A DNA stretch of 60,789 nt, counting the filler, from Platydemus manokwari (lineage: Eukaryota), in NCBI GenBank assembly GCA_037951405.1. It is 6 parts of 6 records of this genome, joined end to end, with 100 filler letters (N's around TTAATTAATTAA, not from the genome) between each part and the next. Parts side by side here need not be neighbours in the genome. Positions count along the whole stretch, not along the records: positions 9,379 to 21,246 come from JBBMOY010423333.1; positions 21,347 to 31,216 come from JBBMOY011194766.1; 4 more parts are not named here. One strand, given 5' to 3'. Made by a program: the position numbers and the translations under genes. Below the pieces are notes generated by a model that did no database searches, had not been told where the DNA came from, and worked only from the letters and a program-made list of their open reading frames with translations. This document shows, one piece after another, positions 14,352-27,600 of the stretch (the stretch's first letter is position 1; every line of letters begins with the position of its first letter).

Positions 14352-15500
14352 ATGCAACAACTCAATGCTGATGTACCAGAAGGATTTTTTGAAATGCTTG
14401 TAGACTTGACACTTGAAGTTTTGAAAGATAGGCCTGATGATTTTTTTGATTATGCTTCGCAGTTTTTTCAAAAAGTGTTTCAAGAACAAGGAGAAAATAA
14501 AGTCTATGTCAGCGTTAATGAAGATGAATCTGACTCTTTTGTAGAATCTTTGTTGGACAGTTTAGAAATCATTGATGAAGAATCGATCACTATAAAACCA
14601 AAGGCAAATTACCGTCGTAAAAGTGTAGCCGCAGAAAGAATTGATATGGATGAATTAGAAGATGATGAGGATATCTATGTTGTCATTCCAAAAACCGATG
14701 AGCAAAGATTACGTTTGCAAAATGTGTGTAAGCAAATTCTTTTGTTTCAAAGTCTGGATGATGAACAAATGAGTCATGTGATAAATGCCATGTTTATCGT
14801 GGAACCAGAACCAGGAGAAAAAATTATCGTTCAAGGAGATGAAGGCGATAACTTTTACATTATTGACAGTGGAACTTTTAACTGTTATATAAAAGATGGC
14901 GATCAAGAAAAATTGATTCATACTTATAGAAATGAAGGCTATTTCGGTGAATTAGCCTTAATGTACAATGCCCAGAGATCTGCAACAGTCATAGCAGAAA
15001 CTCCAGGCATTCTTTGGGCAATGGATAGAAAAACATTTCGATCATTAGTCGTTGTTCAAACGTTCAATAGAAAGCAGATCTATGATAATTTCCTTAAGCA
15101 ATTTCCAATTTTCGAAGAAATGACAGCAAGCGAAAGAATGAACATCGCCGACGCTTTGATTCCGAAGAAATTTGATGATAAAGAAAAAATAATCCAACAA
15201 GGTAAACCTGGTCAAGAAATGTTCTTCATAGAAAGTGGAGAAGTACTAATAACGAAAAGTCATAAAGGAAAAGAAGTAGAATTAACTCGGCTTCATCAAG
15301 GCCAGTATTTTGGCGAGTTAGCTTTATTATCAAATCAAGCTCGTCAAGCATCCGCACAAGCAGTTGGTGAAACTAAATGTGCAATGTTAGATGTGAAAAC
15401 ATTTGAAAGATTGATGGGTCCTTGTCTGGAGATAATGAAGAGAAATACTGAACACTATCAATCTCGACTCGGTGATTTGTTTGGAGCAGATAATGCTTGA
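14352..15500 (+). CDS. PRKAR2: cAMP-dependent protein kinase regulatory subunit, type II-like; intronless, 382 aa
   Basis: N-terminal RIIa docking/dimerisation domain (VPEGF..LVDLTLEVLKDRPDD), RII-type inhibitor site RRKSV, two cNMP-binding domains with FGELAL cassettes, and C-terminal FERLMGPC..IMKRN..HY. Confidence 0.95.
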   Translation: MQQLNADVPEGFFEMLVDLTLEVLKDRPDDFFDYASQFFQKVFQEQGENKVYVSVNEDESDSFVESLLDSLEIIDEESITIKPKANYRRKSVAAERIDMDELEDDEDIYVVIPKTDEQRLRLQNVCKQILLFQSLDDEQMSHVINAMFIVEPEPGEKIIVQGDEGDNFYIIDSGTFNCYIKDGDQEKLIHTYRNEGYFGELALMYNAQRSATVIAETPGILWAMDRKTFRSLVVVQTFNRKQIYDNFLKQFPIFEEMTASERMNIADALIPKKFDDKEKIIQQGKPGQEMFFIESGEVLITKSHKGKEVELTRLHQGQYFGELALLSNQARQASAQAVGETKCAMLDVKTFERLMGPCLEIMKRNTEHYQSRLGDLFGADNA

Positions 15501-17069
15501 AAATCCTGCATTTTTTGAAATTTTACGAAATCTTATAATTTAAAACTACCAAAGTTTTAGTTTTTGAAGAAGAAAAAAGCAGAGAATTAATCTGTGATCG
15601 ATTTCCATTTGCAAACCAATTGTTAATGCTTTCAATATATATAAAATTGGTTTTTATTCATTTACCTATTTAATTTCTATTACTCAATAGTTACATGATT
15701 TGGGGATTAACCTCTAAATCCTTTGGATATTATACATTCCGTTTATAAAATGGAAAATAAAAATTACATATCTTACTTTGATATTTATTTAAAGACGATT
15801 TATTCAAAAAACACTACATGATTTAAGTCAACTTATAGTAATAAAGGATAAAAAAATTATAAGCAGCAATTCATAAAAAAGCCCAATCTGGGATGCTAAT
15901 TTATATCTACTGTTGTTTCAACGCGTGCCTGAACAAAAAAATGCATTGATTTCTATAACGATTTTAGTAATCGAGATTTCTTTATGAATTCAATGTAATA
16001 CTACAACTTAATATCAATTTCTGTTCCAGTGGATCATGTTCCTTTTCAATATTTGTGAATAATATTCGTGTTACCTACTTTCATTACATTACCATTTGTC
16101 CCAATTAATCATCAAGTTATATGGGGCTTTTGAAGATTTATTTGCCGAATCATTAATTTATGTCTTGCCTTTATTATATGGTAGCTAACATAGTCACTTC
16201 TTCCTAAATTGTAACGAAGCTTCTGATGTTAGCATATCTTAATTCTGACACATGTTGTTCATTAACTGCTTACTAGCTTTGATTACTTATCGACATTGTT
16301 GCATGTCAAAAGACAAGAAATATAACAACATCGCAATCTGTAGATTCTAAAGCAAAATTACAAAAATTGTATATCGTCCTTAGTTTCACAATAGCAAAGA
16401 GTCAGTCAGTTCTAAAACCAATTTTCACAATTTATCAAGAGAAATTAGAATTAAATATCAAAAAACTCTATTATTTTTTGTCAATAGTTTGTTCCTCTTA
16501 TCAACAATGCCTTTGATTTGAGGTCAAGAATTGAAATATTTGTTAAAATAAATTAATCCAAGAAACAAAATCAAGTGAAATATCAAATTATTTAATAAAA
16601 TACTGCAGCATAAGAATTATTATTACTACTAATATTTAATCATTAACATTGATATTCGAGATACCCATACATGAAAATATGTGATGTACATGGTTTTTTC
16701 TTTCGATCGACCCATCCAACAATGAACAATTATAAATTATTTTTAAAAACTGTAAAATGATCATAATTTACAGAAAGTGATCAATTTCCAAGGAAAACGA
16801 AATAATTAAATAAATTACATACTAATAATAATAATTAAATAAACGTATTTAAAATTAATACACAGACTTAAATCAATTTATATATCAATTATTCTATTTG
16901 GAAATCACTAAGTCTAGCAAAAATAAATATAATGATTGTTCCGTGCTTTCCTTTTTTTTATTAAAGTTGAGACATGAATTAATAGAAAATATTGTATTTT
17001 TATGAAATCAAATTCATACTTAGTTATTATATTTGATTGAAAATATTGACATATTTAAGAATATTATTG

Positions 17070-17570
17070 ATGTGTTGTGGTTGCTATTTGTTAGGAGCTT
17101 GGAGGATAGCTGTCATCTTAGACGAATTTTTAATATACTATGTCAAACCTTATCATGAACAATTATTTGAATTAGTTGTACGAGGAGTTTTACCGGCTAT
17201 ACCCGCCCCAAAACCATTCACGGAAGAATTAGTCCACTTTTTATTCCAATACCCTGAAACCTTATTCAGATCGTATACTATTCGAGATCCATTGGCAATG
17301 TACAAAATAATTCTCCAAAAAATCATGTTCCTTTTCAAGCAGCTTGATATGATGGACTTTGATGAAATTTTGGTTAGTCTTGGTCAATTACCTGGTTGGA
17401 AACGATACATGTTACTAGGACAGTGGCCTTGGGAATTCGATATACTTGAAGCTAGGAAAGAATTGTTGGAAATGAAGATGAATGAAGAAAATGAAATGAA
17501 CGAAGAATTACCTGGATTGGACGACTTATTAAGTCGAGTAAGTACAATCGAACAAATGACAAGAACGTGA
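17070..17570 (+). CDS. Hypothetical protein (~166 aa, or terminal exon of a longer gene)
   Basis: Long open frame with protein-like composition and higher GC than its flanks. First ATG at 17070, possible acceptor TTGTTAG near 17094, downstream AATAAA. No family recognised. Confidence 0.6.
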   Translation: MCCGCYLLGAWRIAVILDEFLIYYVKPYHEQLFELVVRGVLPAIPAPKPFTEELVHFLFQYPETLFRSYTIRDPLAMYKIILQKIMFLFKQLDMMDFDEILVSLGQLPGWKRYMLLGQWPWEFDILEARKELLEMKMNEENEMNEELPGLDDLLSRVSTIEQMTRT

Positions 17571-17998
17571 TCATCACGTTTTAATTAATTTACGTTATAT
17601 TAGTATCTGAAGTAGACTTAAGTGTAAACAAAGCATGATGCAAGGTATTCAGATTTGTAAGTGTTTTTCAAAACTATGTTGTTTCAAAGAATAGTGAAAA
17701 TATTTTCATAATTATAATCATGATTATTATTAGTACCATCAATAATCAAAAGGCATTTTGATTCACACTATCATTTCTAAATCGATTAAAATACAAAAAT
17801 AAAGATAAAGAATGGTATTCATAATAAAGTGTAAAACTGTAATGTTTTGGTTATATATAAAAATGGAAATTGATGAAAAATCTAATAATTTTATTAAAAA
17901 TAAAAATAATCAAAAATACATATATAAACGATTTGATTCCAAATAAATCACTAATAATAATTTATTAAAATGAATCCTAAATCCACAACGAAATTTAA

Positions 17999-20921
17999 TT
18001 ATAATTTTGCACTGCGGACTTCTTTAACAGGTGGGAGAACTGGATCTATTAAAGGACTCAGAGGTAGACTTTTCTTGAATCGTACTATATCATCAACAAT
18101 TGTCATCTAAGATTAATGTCAATTAAATATAAGAAATTCAATAGAGTACCGTTGAATCTCTATTATCAGAAGTGATTGTATTCTGCATTTTTTCCGGTAT
18201 GACATGAATGGATAATTTTTTCAAATGCTTTGAATTCGGATCACAGAATTTCTAAATATGAAATTTAAAAAAATCCATTATTGGTGATCCAAGATAAACC
18301 TCGTAATATTCAAGAACATCACTTTTTGTCAGTTTCATTAATTCATCAACTTCTTGAATATCTGGAGATCAAAATAAATAATTATTGTATAAATTACCAT
18401 ATTTGCTTATTGAATCATTAGAAGTCATGATAGATATTAGAAACAATAATATAGTAACAATTTAGTTGAAACTCCTTAAGTAAAATCTTCAGAAATTCAT
18501 TGAATTTTTAAAAATGCCATTTATTGTATCGCAATAAATTATACTAGCTTTCAAATTAGTATTCGTCTATTCAATTTCAACCATGCAACGATGTCAAACG
18601 AAGTAGACAGACTTTGTTAAGGTTTTTAAGCAATACAATTTTTTCTTTAATTGCGTCGACTTAAAAGCACATGACAATAATTGGGTTTATAATTACGAAT
18701 ATAGAGTTGCTAAGGCTAAGTTGTGAATCAAACAAACTAAGAACTTTAACATTTCAAAAAAATGGTCTATAAGATTCTTAAAATGAATCGGTCTCAAAAG
18801 CTATGAATTTAGTTTGCATTGAGCGTTTATTGAAGATGACCATGGTAAAAGAATAAGCTTCAATAAAAACTTTCACTTTACTACATGATCCTTAACTTAC
18901 AACGCCAAGTCCTATCTTAATGAATTAGTTAATCATCATAACTCTGTTTATTGGTTTGATAAAATACAAAGTCGTTTTCTAACGAAATCCGTGGATTAAT
19001 GCGGAATCGCATTTTTGCGAACATTCCTATACCAGGAATTTCTATACCCTATTTTTTCAAGGTAAAATAATCTATGTTTCAAAATATGTGTTCAGACTCT
19101 GTAGCGCCCAGAAGTAGTGAATGAACCAAATTTTTCCAAATCGTTGGATTGATTGTCGAAGAAATATATAGTATTAACCCTCAAAATCACTCACGTGATT
19201 TCTTTCTTTGAGTTATGTTTCAACGTTACTTTTAAATCTTAGATGAATTTTAAAATAGAATTTCCGTCACACCCTCTAAAGTTGATATAGAACTGTGTAA
19301 AGAGGGATGTCCTGTCGATATGCTGACAAGCGGATAAGTATTTGTATTAATGAAAATGGTAAACTTTTTGTCTTTATAAAATCTGATTTTGGGGTTAAAT
19401 GTTTGATCCCCATCTCTATATTATACCAAGATATAGTCATTGGAAATCATGAGTCAGTTCTTTAGGTATCACTATTGGGAATATTTCCAAAATCATTTTT
19501 TTATCTGATGGTTATATAAGTGATCATCTAATCCAATCATATTTCAGTTTCATGAGCATATGAATCATAAATATAATAGTTATAGCCAAAAATCAATCAC
19601 AATTAATCATGGCACAGATTGAAGACCCTTCAATAATGATATAATAATCATAAACAACCTCTTTTGAAATTATAATGCTTGCATGCAATCTCTGACCAAT
19701 ATCTGGTGGCTTGTTTTAACATATCCTTTGGTTTTTCTAAAAGTCGGCTTTTCAAAGCAACCAAATATTTCTGAAAGTCTGCATCAGGCATTTCTTCAAG
19801 AACAACCTATGCCAAAACGATATAAAATTCGATGAATCAATGAAGGTATTCAAGTCAACTTTAAAATTCGTCAAGAAATTCTTCACTCGTTCATCAAGCT
19901 CGATAGGTGACTTGGTAGATTGCAGATAGATCCGATTGCCTTGTATTGAATTCGACATTTTAATTCCAGTACCTACAACGTATCCTACAATGATTGACAA
20001 CAATGTGAATGTGTGGGATATATGTTTTTGTTATCGAGTTACCTAACTGTTCTTCGGTTCTTAACTTATTAAATAATGGTTCACTTAGCAATTCATCACA
20101 AAGTTTTGTAATGATATTATTTCGATTGTTTTGCTCCAATCCTTGAAGATAGGTCATTAAGACAGATGTGGGATGATGCGGATTGGCATACCGGAAAACA
20201 TAGTTGGAGTCTATAGAAAGTGAATTATTTTAAATATATTAAATATTATATCACATATGTGAAAAGCTGAGCTGATTAAAGATTAATAAATATCGAATAT
20301 AATAAACAATTGTTATCAAGTAATCTTACTTTCAGGTAACAGAACCTCTCTGATACTGTTTAGTTGAGATTTCAACATAGGTTTAGTGCAGAAATGCTTA
20401 GCAAATATCATTTCAATGTCATTCATTAAAGAATAGGCTTCCTTTATATGGAAAATGCATCAATCAAATAATACCAAAAATGCTAACATTAGACTTAAAA
20501 TTGCCATAGATTAGCCCTTCCGTGTAAAATTGTGAGAAAAACATTTTGAAGTAAGCTTGAAAGTTTTCCAAAGTGATGTCTACAAATGATATCAAGGATA
20601 AATGATTAAAATATTCAACCAATGGAAATGTTTTATACATTTTTGAAGATTCAAGAAATAAAACAAATCAATAAAACACCAAATTTTACCATTAATAGTA
20701 GACAATAAATCATCTCGATGCCACATCACTTCGGCCATCAGACAAGATAACAATTTATCAGCTTGTGCTAATGGATTGTCCACATAGAAGTTGCGAATAA
20801 TACGAAATCTATTTTCTTTGATTGCTTCGAATTTGGTAATATCAGCAATAAATGTTGATAATTTTGTGATGACATCGGTTATAAAAATGTGTAACTTTTC
20901 ATTGTATCCATAAAAAATAAG
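17999..20921 (-). CDS. IDE: Insulin-degrading enzyme (M16A), C-terminal half; exons 20690-20921, 20488-20579, 20330-20441, 20043-20210, 19860-19984, 19659-19806, 18300-18361, 18150-18251, 17999-18106
   Basis: Nine phase-consistent exons give GYNEKL, EPLFNKLRTEEQLGYVV, LEKPK...YWSEI...YNFKR, KKLSIHV and FKKSLPL, ending SAKL*. This is colinear with IDE. The catalytic N-half is absent beyond the linker. Confidence 0.95.
18690..19420 (+). mobile_element. Decayed Tc1/mariner-superfamily transposon in an IDE intron
   Basis: Frameshifted remnants ISKKMVYKILK, IEDDHGKR, FPNRWI and CINENGKLF, with a TIR-like end near 19391-19420. Confidence 0.65.
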
Positions 20922-21246
20922 CTAAAATAATATAAAATAATTGTTAAGCGATATGATGTCGAGCGAAAATAATTGATAAAAGGAAAACATTCATATATAC
21001 CAATTTAAACACATTTTTCACTTATTTATATGGGGTCTGGGTCTTAAAACCAATCCCAGCACCCAACCCATAGGCCATATTTTCCTAAGTAATTGTAAAT
21101 ATAAGCTAGGTAATTGTTGATTCTTATTATAAACATTGTTTAGTCATCATAAATAAACTATTGGGTCTGTAACTTAATAACCGGAATTTGACACCAGATG
21201 TAAACACTTGTGTGTGTGCTGTAGCAAATCATTAACATACACGTCA

Positions 21247-21346
21247 NNNNNNNNNNNNNNNNNNNNNNNNNNNNNNNNNNNNNNNNNNNNTTAATTAATT
21301 AANNNNNNNNNNNNNNNNNNNNNNNNNNNNNNNNNNNNNNNNNNNN
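21247..21346. other. Artificial assembly linker
   Basis: 44N-TTAATTAATTAA-44N. Confidence 0.97.
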
Positions 21347-22693
21347 ATATATCAGATCAGGTGATTTTCCATGAATCGCATGAAATGTAGTTTTATACGA
21401 ATCACACGATTAAATTAAGCATCTGAATACGAATAAACAAATGATATTTCTTAGATTTTATTCTATTTTTAATTACATTAAAACTCGCTCCAAAATCATA
21501 GCAGATAATAAAATCAATTCTGTAATGAAAGTCCAAAACGTGTAATCGGTTATTGACACTATGTTGTGTTGGAATGAAAAATCGGAAAACTTTTTTACGA
21601 TAATAGTTATTGCAATCAATTTTTATCAAGTAATTAAATGAAAAATGATTGAAAAACTGTAATATTCACCACGAATGGAAATTAAATCATGTATTTATTT
21701 GTCAAATACATTTGTGGAAATTCTTATTAATATATTTACGACATGACAAAGTTAAATCAAGGAAAACCTAATAAAGCTTTGACTGACACATTCATATCAC
21801 GTGACTATTACAAATGCATCAATGATTGATTCTTTCAGTAGGTTTTTCTTTTTATTTAGAATACTGACTTGCTTGTTTTAATGAATCATTATCTAGATTA
21901 CTCATGTCCAAAGAAAATGTTAATAATAATGATAATAATAGCGCGAAATTTAATTTAAAAATGTAATTGTATTTTCCTAAAACTTTATATAAAAATATAT
22001 TTATATCTAGACGATTGATCATATTTATTATTAGAAACAAATTAACACTATCAACACGAATTAAAATGATTTGACTTTTTCGATTCATGCTATTAACACG
22101 CACAAGCCACCGTGTGATCTTTGATCAATTTTGTTGTGAATTACTGAGAATAGTAGAATCATATTAGATATAGCTATTATTCATATTTTGGTGACAAACA
22201 TCTTTGTCTTCATCGAAACTTCGTTAAAAATTCTCAATTAAGTAAAGCGTTGTTCCATTGGGATTTCCATCATGTCTAAAATTGACTTTCCAATAAATTT
22301 TACCGACTTTGTTGATTATGTAGGTGATGGAGTTGTTTTATTTGTTTTTAGAACGCGCATCATTTAATTAATTGATAGCTTCTGAAATTTTCCATGATAT
22401 AAATGATGTCGGCCGATATTTGTACTGAAGACCTTGGTCCATTGAAAATAGTGCTTGACCTATATATATGTAGTATTATTAATGTTAAAATTGAATAAAT
22501 TTAATTCGTCTATAATATATTCAATGGTTTTCATTAAATTAAATTTATATTCTTTTATTGTTGGAGATAATGTAAAGAATTAATTCTAAAACTCAACTAA
22601 ATTAGTTCTTTATAGATTATATCATAAACGATGATTATTTTTATATAAGAATATTTATTTTGCTGTTCTGCAAAATTTGATCGATTCCTTAGT

Positions 22694-22867
22694 TATCGTA
22701 GTTTCCGGACTATAAGGCTCACTTTCATTAAAAATGTGTTGCAAGATTTAATGCTCTTCTTCATCTAAAATGTCACATCCGCCTATATTAGCATCATTAT
22801 CATCTTTTTTAATATTCCATCCATAATAAATCTTGAAAATCTGTTTTATAGTCCGAAAAATACGTTA
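22694..22867 (-). mobile_element. pogo-type MITE, copy 1
   Basis: TIRs TATCGTAGTTTCCGGACTATAA / TTATAGTCCGAAAAATACGTTA. The internal sequence is the reverse complement of the internal part of 23006-23224. Confidence 0.8.
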
Positions 22868-23005
22868 CATGCGAAGTTTCAAAGTTTCTGTTTCAGATAA
22901 ATTTTTTATTGTTGAATGTGTGATTCATCCAAATATTCGTCAAGATCCATCCATTTTTCTTACTCATTATGATTTATTTTTATATATCAGATTCCCTAAA
23001 TCATT

Positions 23006-23224
23006 TACCGTATCTTCCGGACTTTAAGGCGCATCTAGAACAGATTTTTATGATTTATTAAATCTGGAATTTTAAGAAATAGATGGTGATGATGTTAATT
23101 TTAAGCGAATGTGACATTTTAGATGCTGGAGAGCATTAAATGTTGCTATACATTTTTAATTTAATTTAATATAATTATTAGTTAACTCATAATTAGGGTA
23201 CGCCTTGTAGTCCGGAAAATATTG
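23006..23224 (+). mobile_element. pogo-type MITE, copy 2 (inverted relative to copy 1)
   Basis: TIRs TACCGTATCTTCCGGACTTTAAGGCG / CGCCTTGTAGTCCGGAAAATATTG. It shares the internal AACAGATTTT...GTGACATTTTAGATG...GAGCATTAAAT with copy 1. Confidence 0.8.
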
Positions 23225-23778
23225 TTTTTATTAAAGCATGATCTAGAATACAACTTTTTGTGTCAATTTATCTTAAATTCTATTAATTCGAATGAAAATT
23301 TACATTCCTTTACAATATGATGAATTTTATAGGATCTGTGATCTTCAATTGAATAGATTTTTCTGAGAATTTTGCATGAAACGACGCGTACTATTTAGCT
23401 ATCGATTTGTCTTTAATAAATTTCCAATAAAAATTATTATTAGTAGTAGTAGTATTAATAATAATGTATAGATTCATTCAACGTCAATTATGTGTTGATA
23501 ATGGATAAAAATAACAATCTTATTCTTACAGTAATGTGGTAAACGATAATACATTTCTATTAAGTAGCCTCTTTTTGAATGTTTAATTATTAAAACAGAC
23601 TCGATGGTGATTTTGAATAAACCATCATCTGTGAGTTCAAACTTAATGATTGACAAAAGTACATTCTTAACCATTGCAACCCCTTGTCATGTCGTATGTT
23701 TTCACAGTTTATGTGAATATTACGTATTAATTAAAAAAAACGGTAATTCGTTTGTTTCAGTAACCATAACAACGATTT

Positions 23779-23810
<32 letters not shown>

Positions 23811-24684
23811 TCAACTAAATAATCTGAATGATTAATAGATTATATATATTATTTAAGATCAATTATATTTTATCAACCAACTCCAATGTAATATCATTTC
23901 ATTTTTATATTCAATGAACGATGAATGGCGTCTGAGGATCAGTTGCTTTCAATTTGCATTTCTAACGATTATCATGTCTACCAGTTATTGAAAATAAACA
24001 GAATTTAGTTTATTTTGTCAAATATATTGGCTAATTTCAATGTTTTCACTGGAGATATTGGAATTTGTCTTCACGTAAATCATCCTAACACGTAACATGA
24101 GATAATCTCCATTTACAATGTCGTAGACGATAATTTTCTTGTTTTTTTTATAAAATAACATGGGTGTGTATATATTTTGTAATGAAAACTGAAATGGACA
24201 TAAAATTAGTCGAGTATGAATTAATAATTAATTTTTTTATTATAAAATAATTAAAAATTGGTACTCTGCAAATGTTGTAATTATGATTGGATTTAATCAT
24301 CCACGATATTTATCAGGATAGATACTTAGGTTTATTAATAATAATCATAAATAAGGCGGTATACTTAATTCAGATATTTTATTGGTTAACATATCCATAA
24401 AGTTCAATATACAACGTATCTTTATTTCGAATCAAACTTCGGCCCATGGAGTTCTATGAAATTTAGTCCTACCTGAAGAATCCTCGTCTCATTTTTCCTA
24501 GTTACGGGAGAGAATTCAATGAATCGAGTAGCAAATCAAGCTCTCATTGATATTCAGCTAATTTTACAATTATTATTGATAACTTGAACCCTATCTAATA
24601 AAATATTATTCTACTTCTGGTAAAAGGGATAAATATATATAATCTGAAAATCCTTAAAAAATATTAAAAAATTTTTTATTTCAG

Positions 24685-27600
24685 ATTTTATTACCTCAAT
24701 TGATATTCTGTTTGATCCAACAATGGATGTTGCCATTACTACACAACAGTGTCACACCATTTTCTCAATCGCACATTTCTGTGATTATTGAACGACTTCT
24801 GAAATTGTCCATTCCTAATCATTTGATTTGGTTGATGTTTTTCTATGCCATCTTCCATTCGGGACTCAATGTTTGTGCTGAACTCCTCTATTTCGGTGAT
24901 CGTCTTTTCTACAAGGATTGGTGGTAATAATATTATTTATAATCGACAATAATATTCCCTGTGATAATATTTGTACCGATAATGAGTAAGCAATGGTAAT
25001 TGACGTAATCAAACTGTACGAAAGCTTGATTCAAAACCAGTAAATAACATATATATATGTTAAAATAATGGAGATTTCAAAAATTTTTTTTTCCCAATTG
25101 ATAAATCGAATACAACATATATATATATAACGATGAATTAGATATGTCGATGAGTTGTTTTTATTCCCATAATGAAATCTATGAATTCACTAAATGGTTT
25201 ATTTCTGAAATAATAATTTTAGTCGAGATATTTTGTCAACATCTGTGAATTAGCTTTCACTCGATCATACTATACTCGTTCATGCAGATGATATTGAAAC
25301 ACAATATTTCAAACGCGAACCATGTAATTATTGAAATCGTAGAGCAAATTTCACATTTTCATAACGTTTTCTTTTTCAATGTTATTTTTTTATTTCAACT
25401 CATAATATTAACTGAATAATTGAATGACGAGATGAGCTATTTGAAATATTTATATAAATAAATATATATTAATTAATTTGTATTTTTAAACTAATCAATA
25501 TGATCGGAGTTCAATTTGATTTAATATTTGCATGCAATTTTTGTTCATTAGTTTGTAGGATATTTTTTTATTATCAAATTCCACTTGAATTATTAGATTA
25601 TGGTGATCCTGTTTGTTTTAATTACCGAAATCACTTATGATATCGATTGTATTTTATAGCGATTTAATTGCAGTTTTCATTTCTCGTTATGAAATCGATA
25701 GACACACAATGACATTATTTAAAGGTAAACACATTGATGAACGATATAATTATAGACTTCATACAAAATATCAAATGTTGCACTGTAGTGTGGTATCGCA
25801 CTTGAATCTACTTTAACGTGATATTGCTTATTTTGCCGAATGATAATTTAAATCACAGTGCATCTGATATTTATTCGGAAAATGATTATTTGTGATATAT
25901 CCACTGACTTGGGGAGGCTTTAAATTTCGATAAAGTAATGCAAACTGGTATGTTATTATAAACTTTATAAACCAAATTAGTCCATTGACTAAGTGAAATT
26001 TCCATTTACTACTTTCTTTTCTCTCGGAACATGGTTTTGAAATAATTAAAGCTAAATTCTGTTTGCTAGTTTTAACCTCTTGTAGGTAAAAGACAACAAT
26101 TCTCACCAACACCATAATTTAATTATTAAATCGAAATTAACCTGATAAATAAACTACAATATACAGTAATGTTGACAAAAGACATCAAAATGCTATCTGA
26201 TTGAATGCACACAGTCAATGTCACATTCATAACACGAAAGGAACAAGTGTTGCCGTAAATATGTAAAGTATTATCTTGTTATAACTAACATAGAAGTTTT
26301 CTTTCATTTTATAATTTTTATTTACGAATACAGCATGATTAAACAATCTAGTTTGTTAAGAGATTTGAACTGGTAACATTATTGGAGTTTTTACTGAGAT
26401 TGGAATAAATTCATGGCATTGAAGATAAATACGATGACATATTTGTGCTATTTTTTATAAAATTTTGTATCACAATTTTTTCAATTTCATAATTCTACCA
26501 TACTGTTTAAATAAGAAGAGCATTTTACTGATGACAACATTTGATTAAGGTTTTACATTGTTATGGCTTATTAGAATGCATTGTTTATTACTGTCACATC
26601 ACTGATGCATTGAAATCTGTAGACTTCTATTCAATGAAGCCTTATTTGTACTATTTTTTTACCTTAAGTCCACACAAGACTTTTAAAACTCAATTTATAC
26701 TTCTGCATTATTTTATACTGTCACGATTAATTTTTTTAAAATAAATTTAGATTCATGATAAATTTTTTATGATAATCTAGATTTCGCTTACGGAACTGCA
26801 CTCTAATCTTTGATTTCTATCAATAATTATATTATTTTTGATTCCAAATGCGGTTATTGTTTAATACTGGCCATTTTCACCTGGAAAACCATAGGAAATG
26901 AGCTACTGGGTTGATTATAAAGTGATAAGTTGGCTTTAACTCTAAAGATTTGTTATAAAATGTCGCCTTGAAATGTCTCATTTCGAGACAGATATACAAG
27001 ATTATAATCGTTTTGTCGGCAGCATTTATCTCAATGTGCAATTTTCGTTGATAAAATTAATATTTATTGTCGATAATTATAGTAATATATTGGAAATGTA
27101 TTTCTAATCAATTCCATGTTTCGGTCGAACTTCATTATTTTATCGTTTTATAAAAGTTTTTTATTATGAAATGGTATCGAGTCATATAAAATGTTTATAT
27201 CAATGGTTTTCATCCAAGTATGTTCGGTATCCAGGGATTCTATGAGAGTAGATTATGTTGACTACGAACCACTTGAGCTTCACTCGTTTCTAAGTTAGAC
27301 AAAAGAATAAAACATGCACTGCATATTCAGCAGGTTTCACTGGATGATAACACGCTTTAAACTTCTGCCACACGTACATGCAGTAAAAGTCAAACATTCC
27401 AGTATTATCGTAAAGTATTCCATACTCACAAAAACATTGAAAAATACTGATTTACAGATGTTTTTCGATCATTTTGGTACACGTAATTTTGTATTTATAA
27501 ATAATTAAGCTAACGAACGTGATTATCGATTGTTATGAACTATTTTCAGCAATATTTTTACATCATAAAATATCCATGGAATTTATTTCAGAGGTCAACA

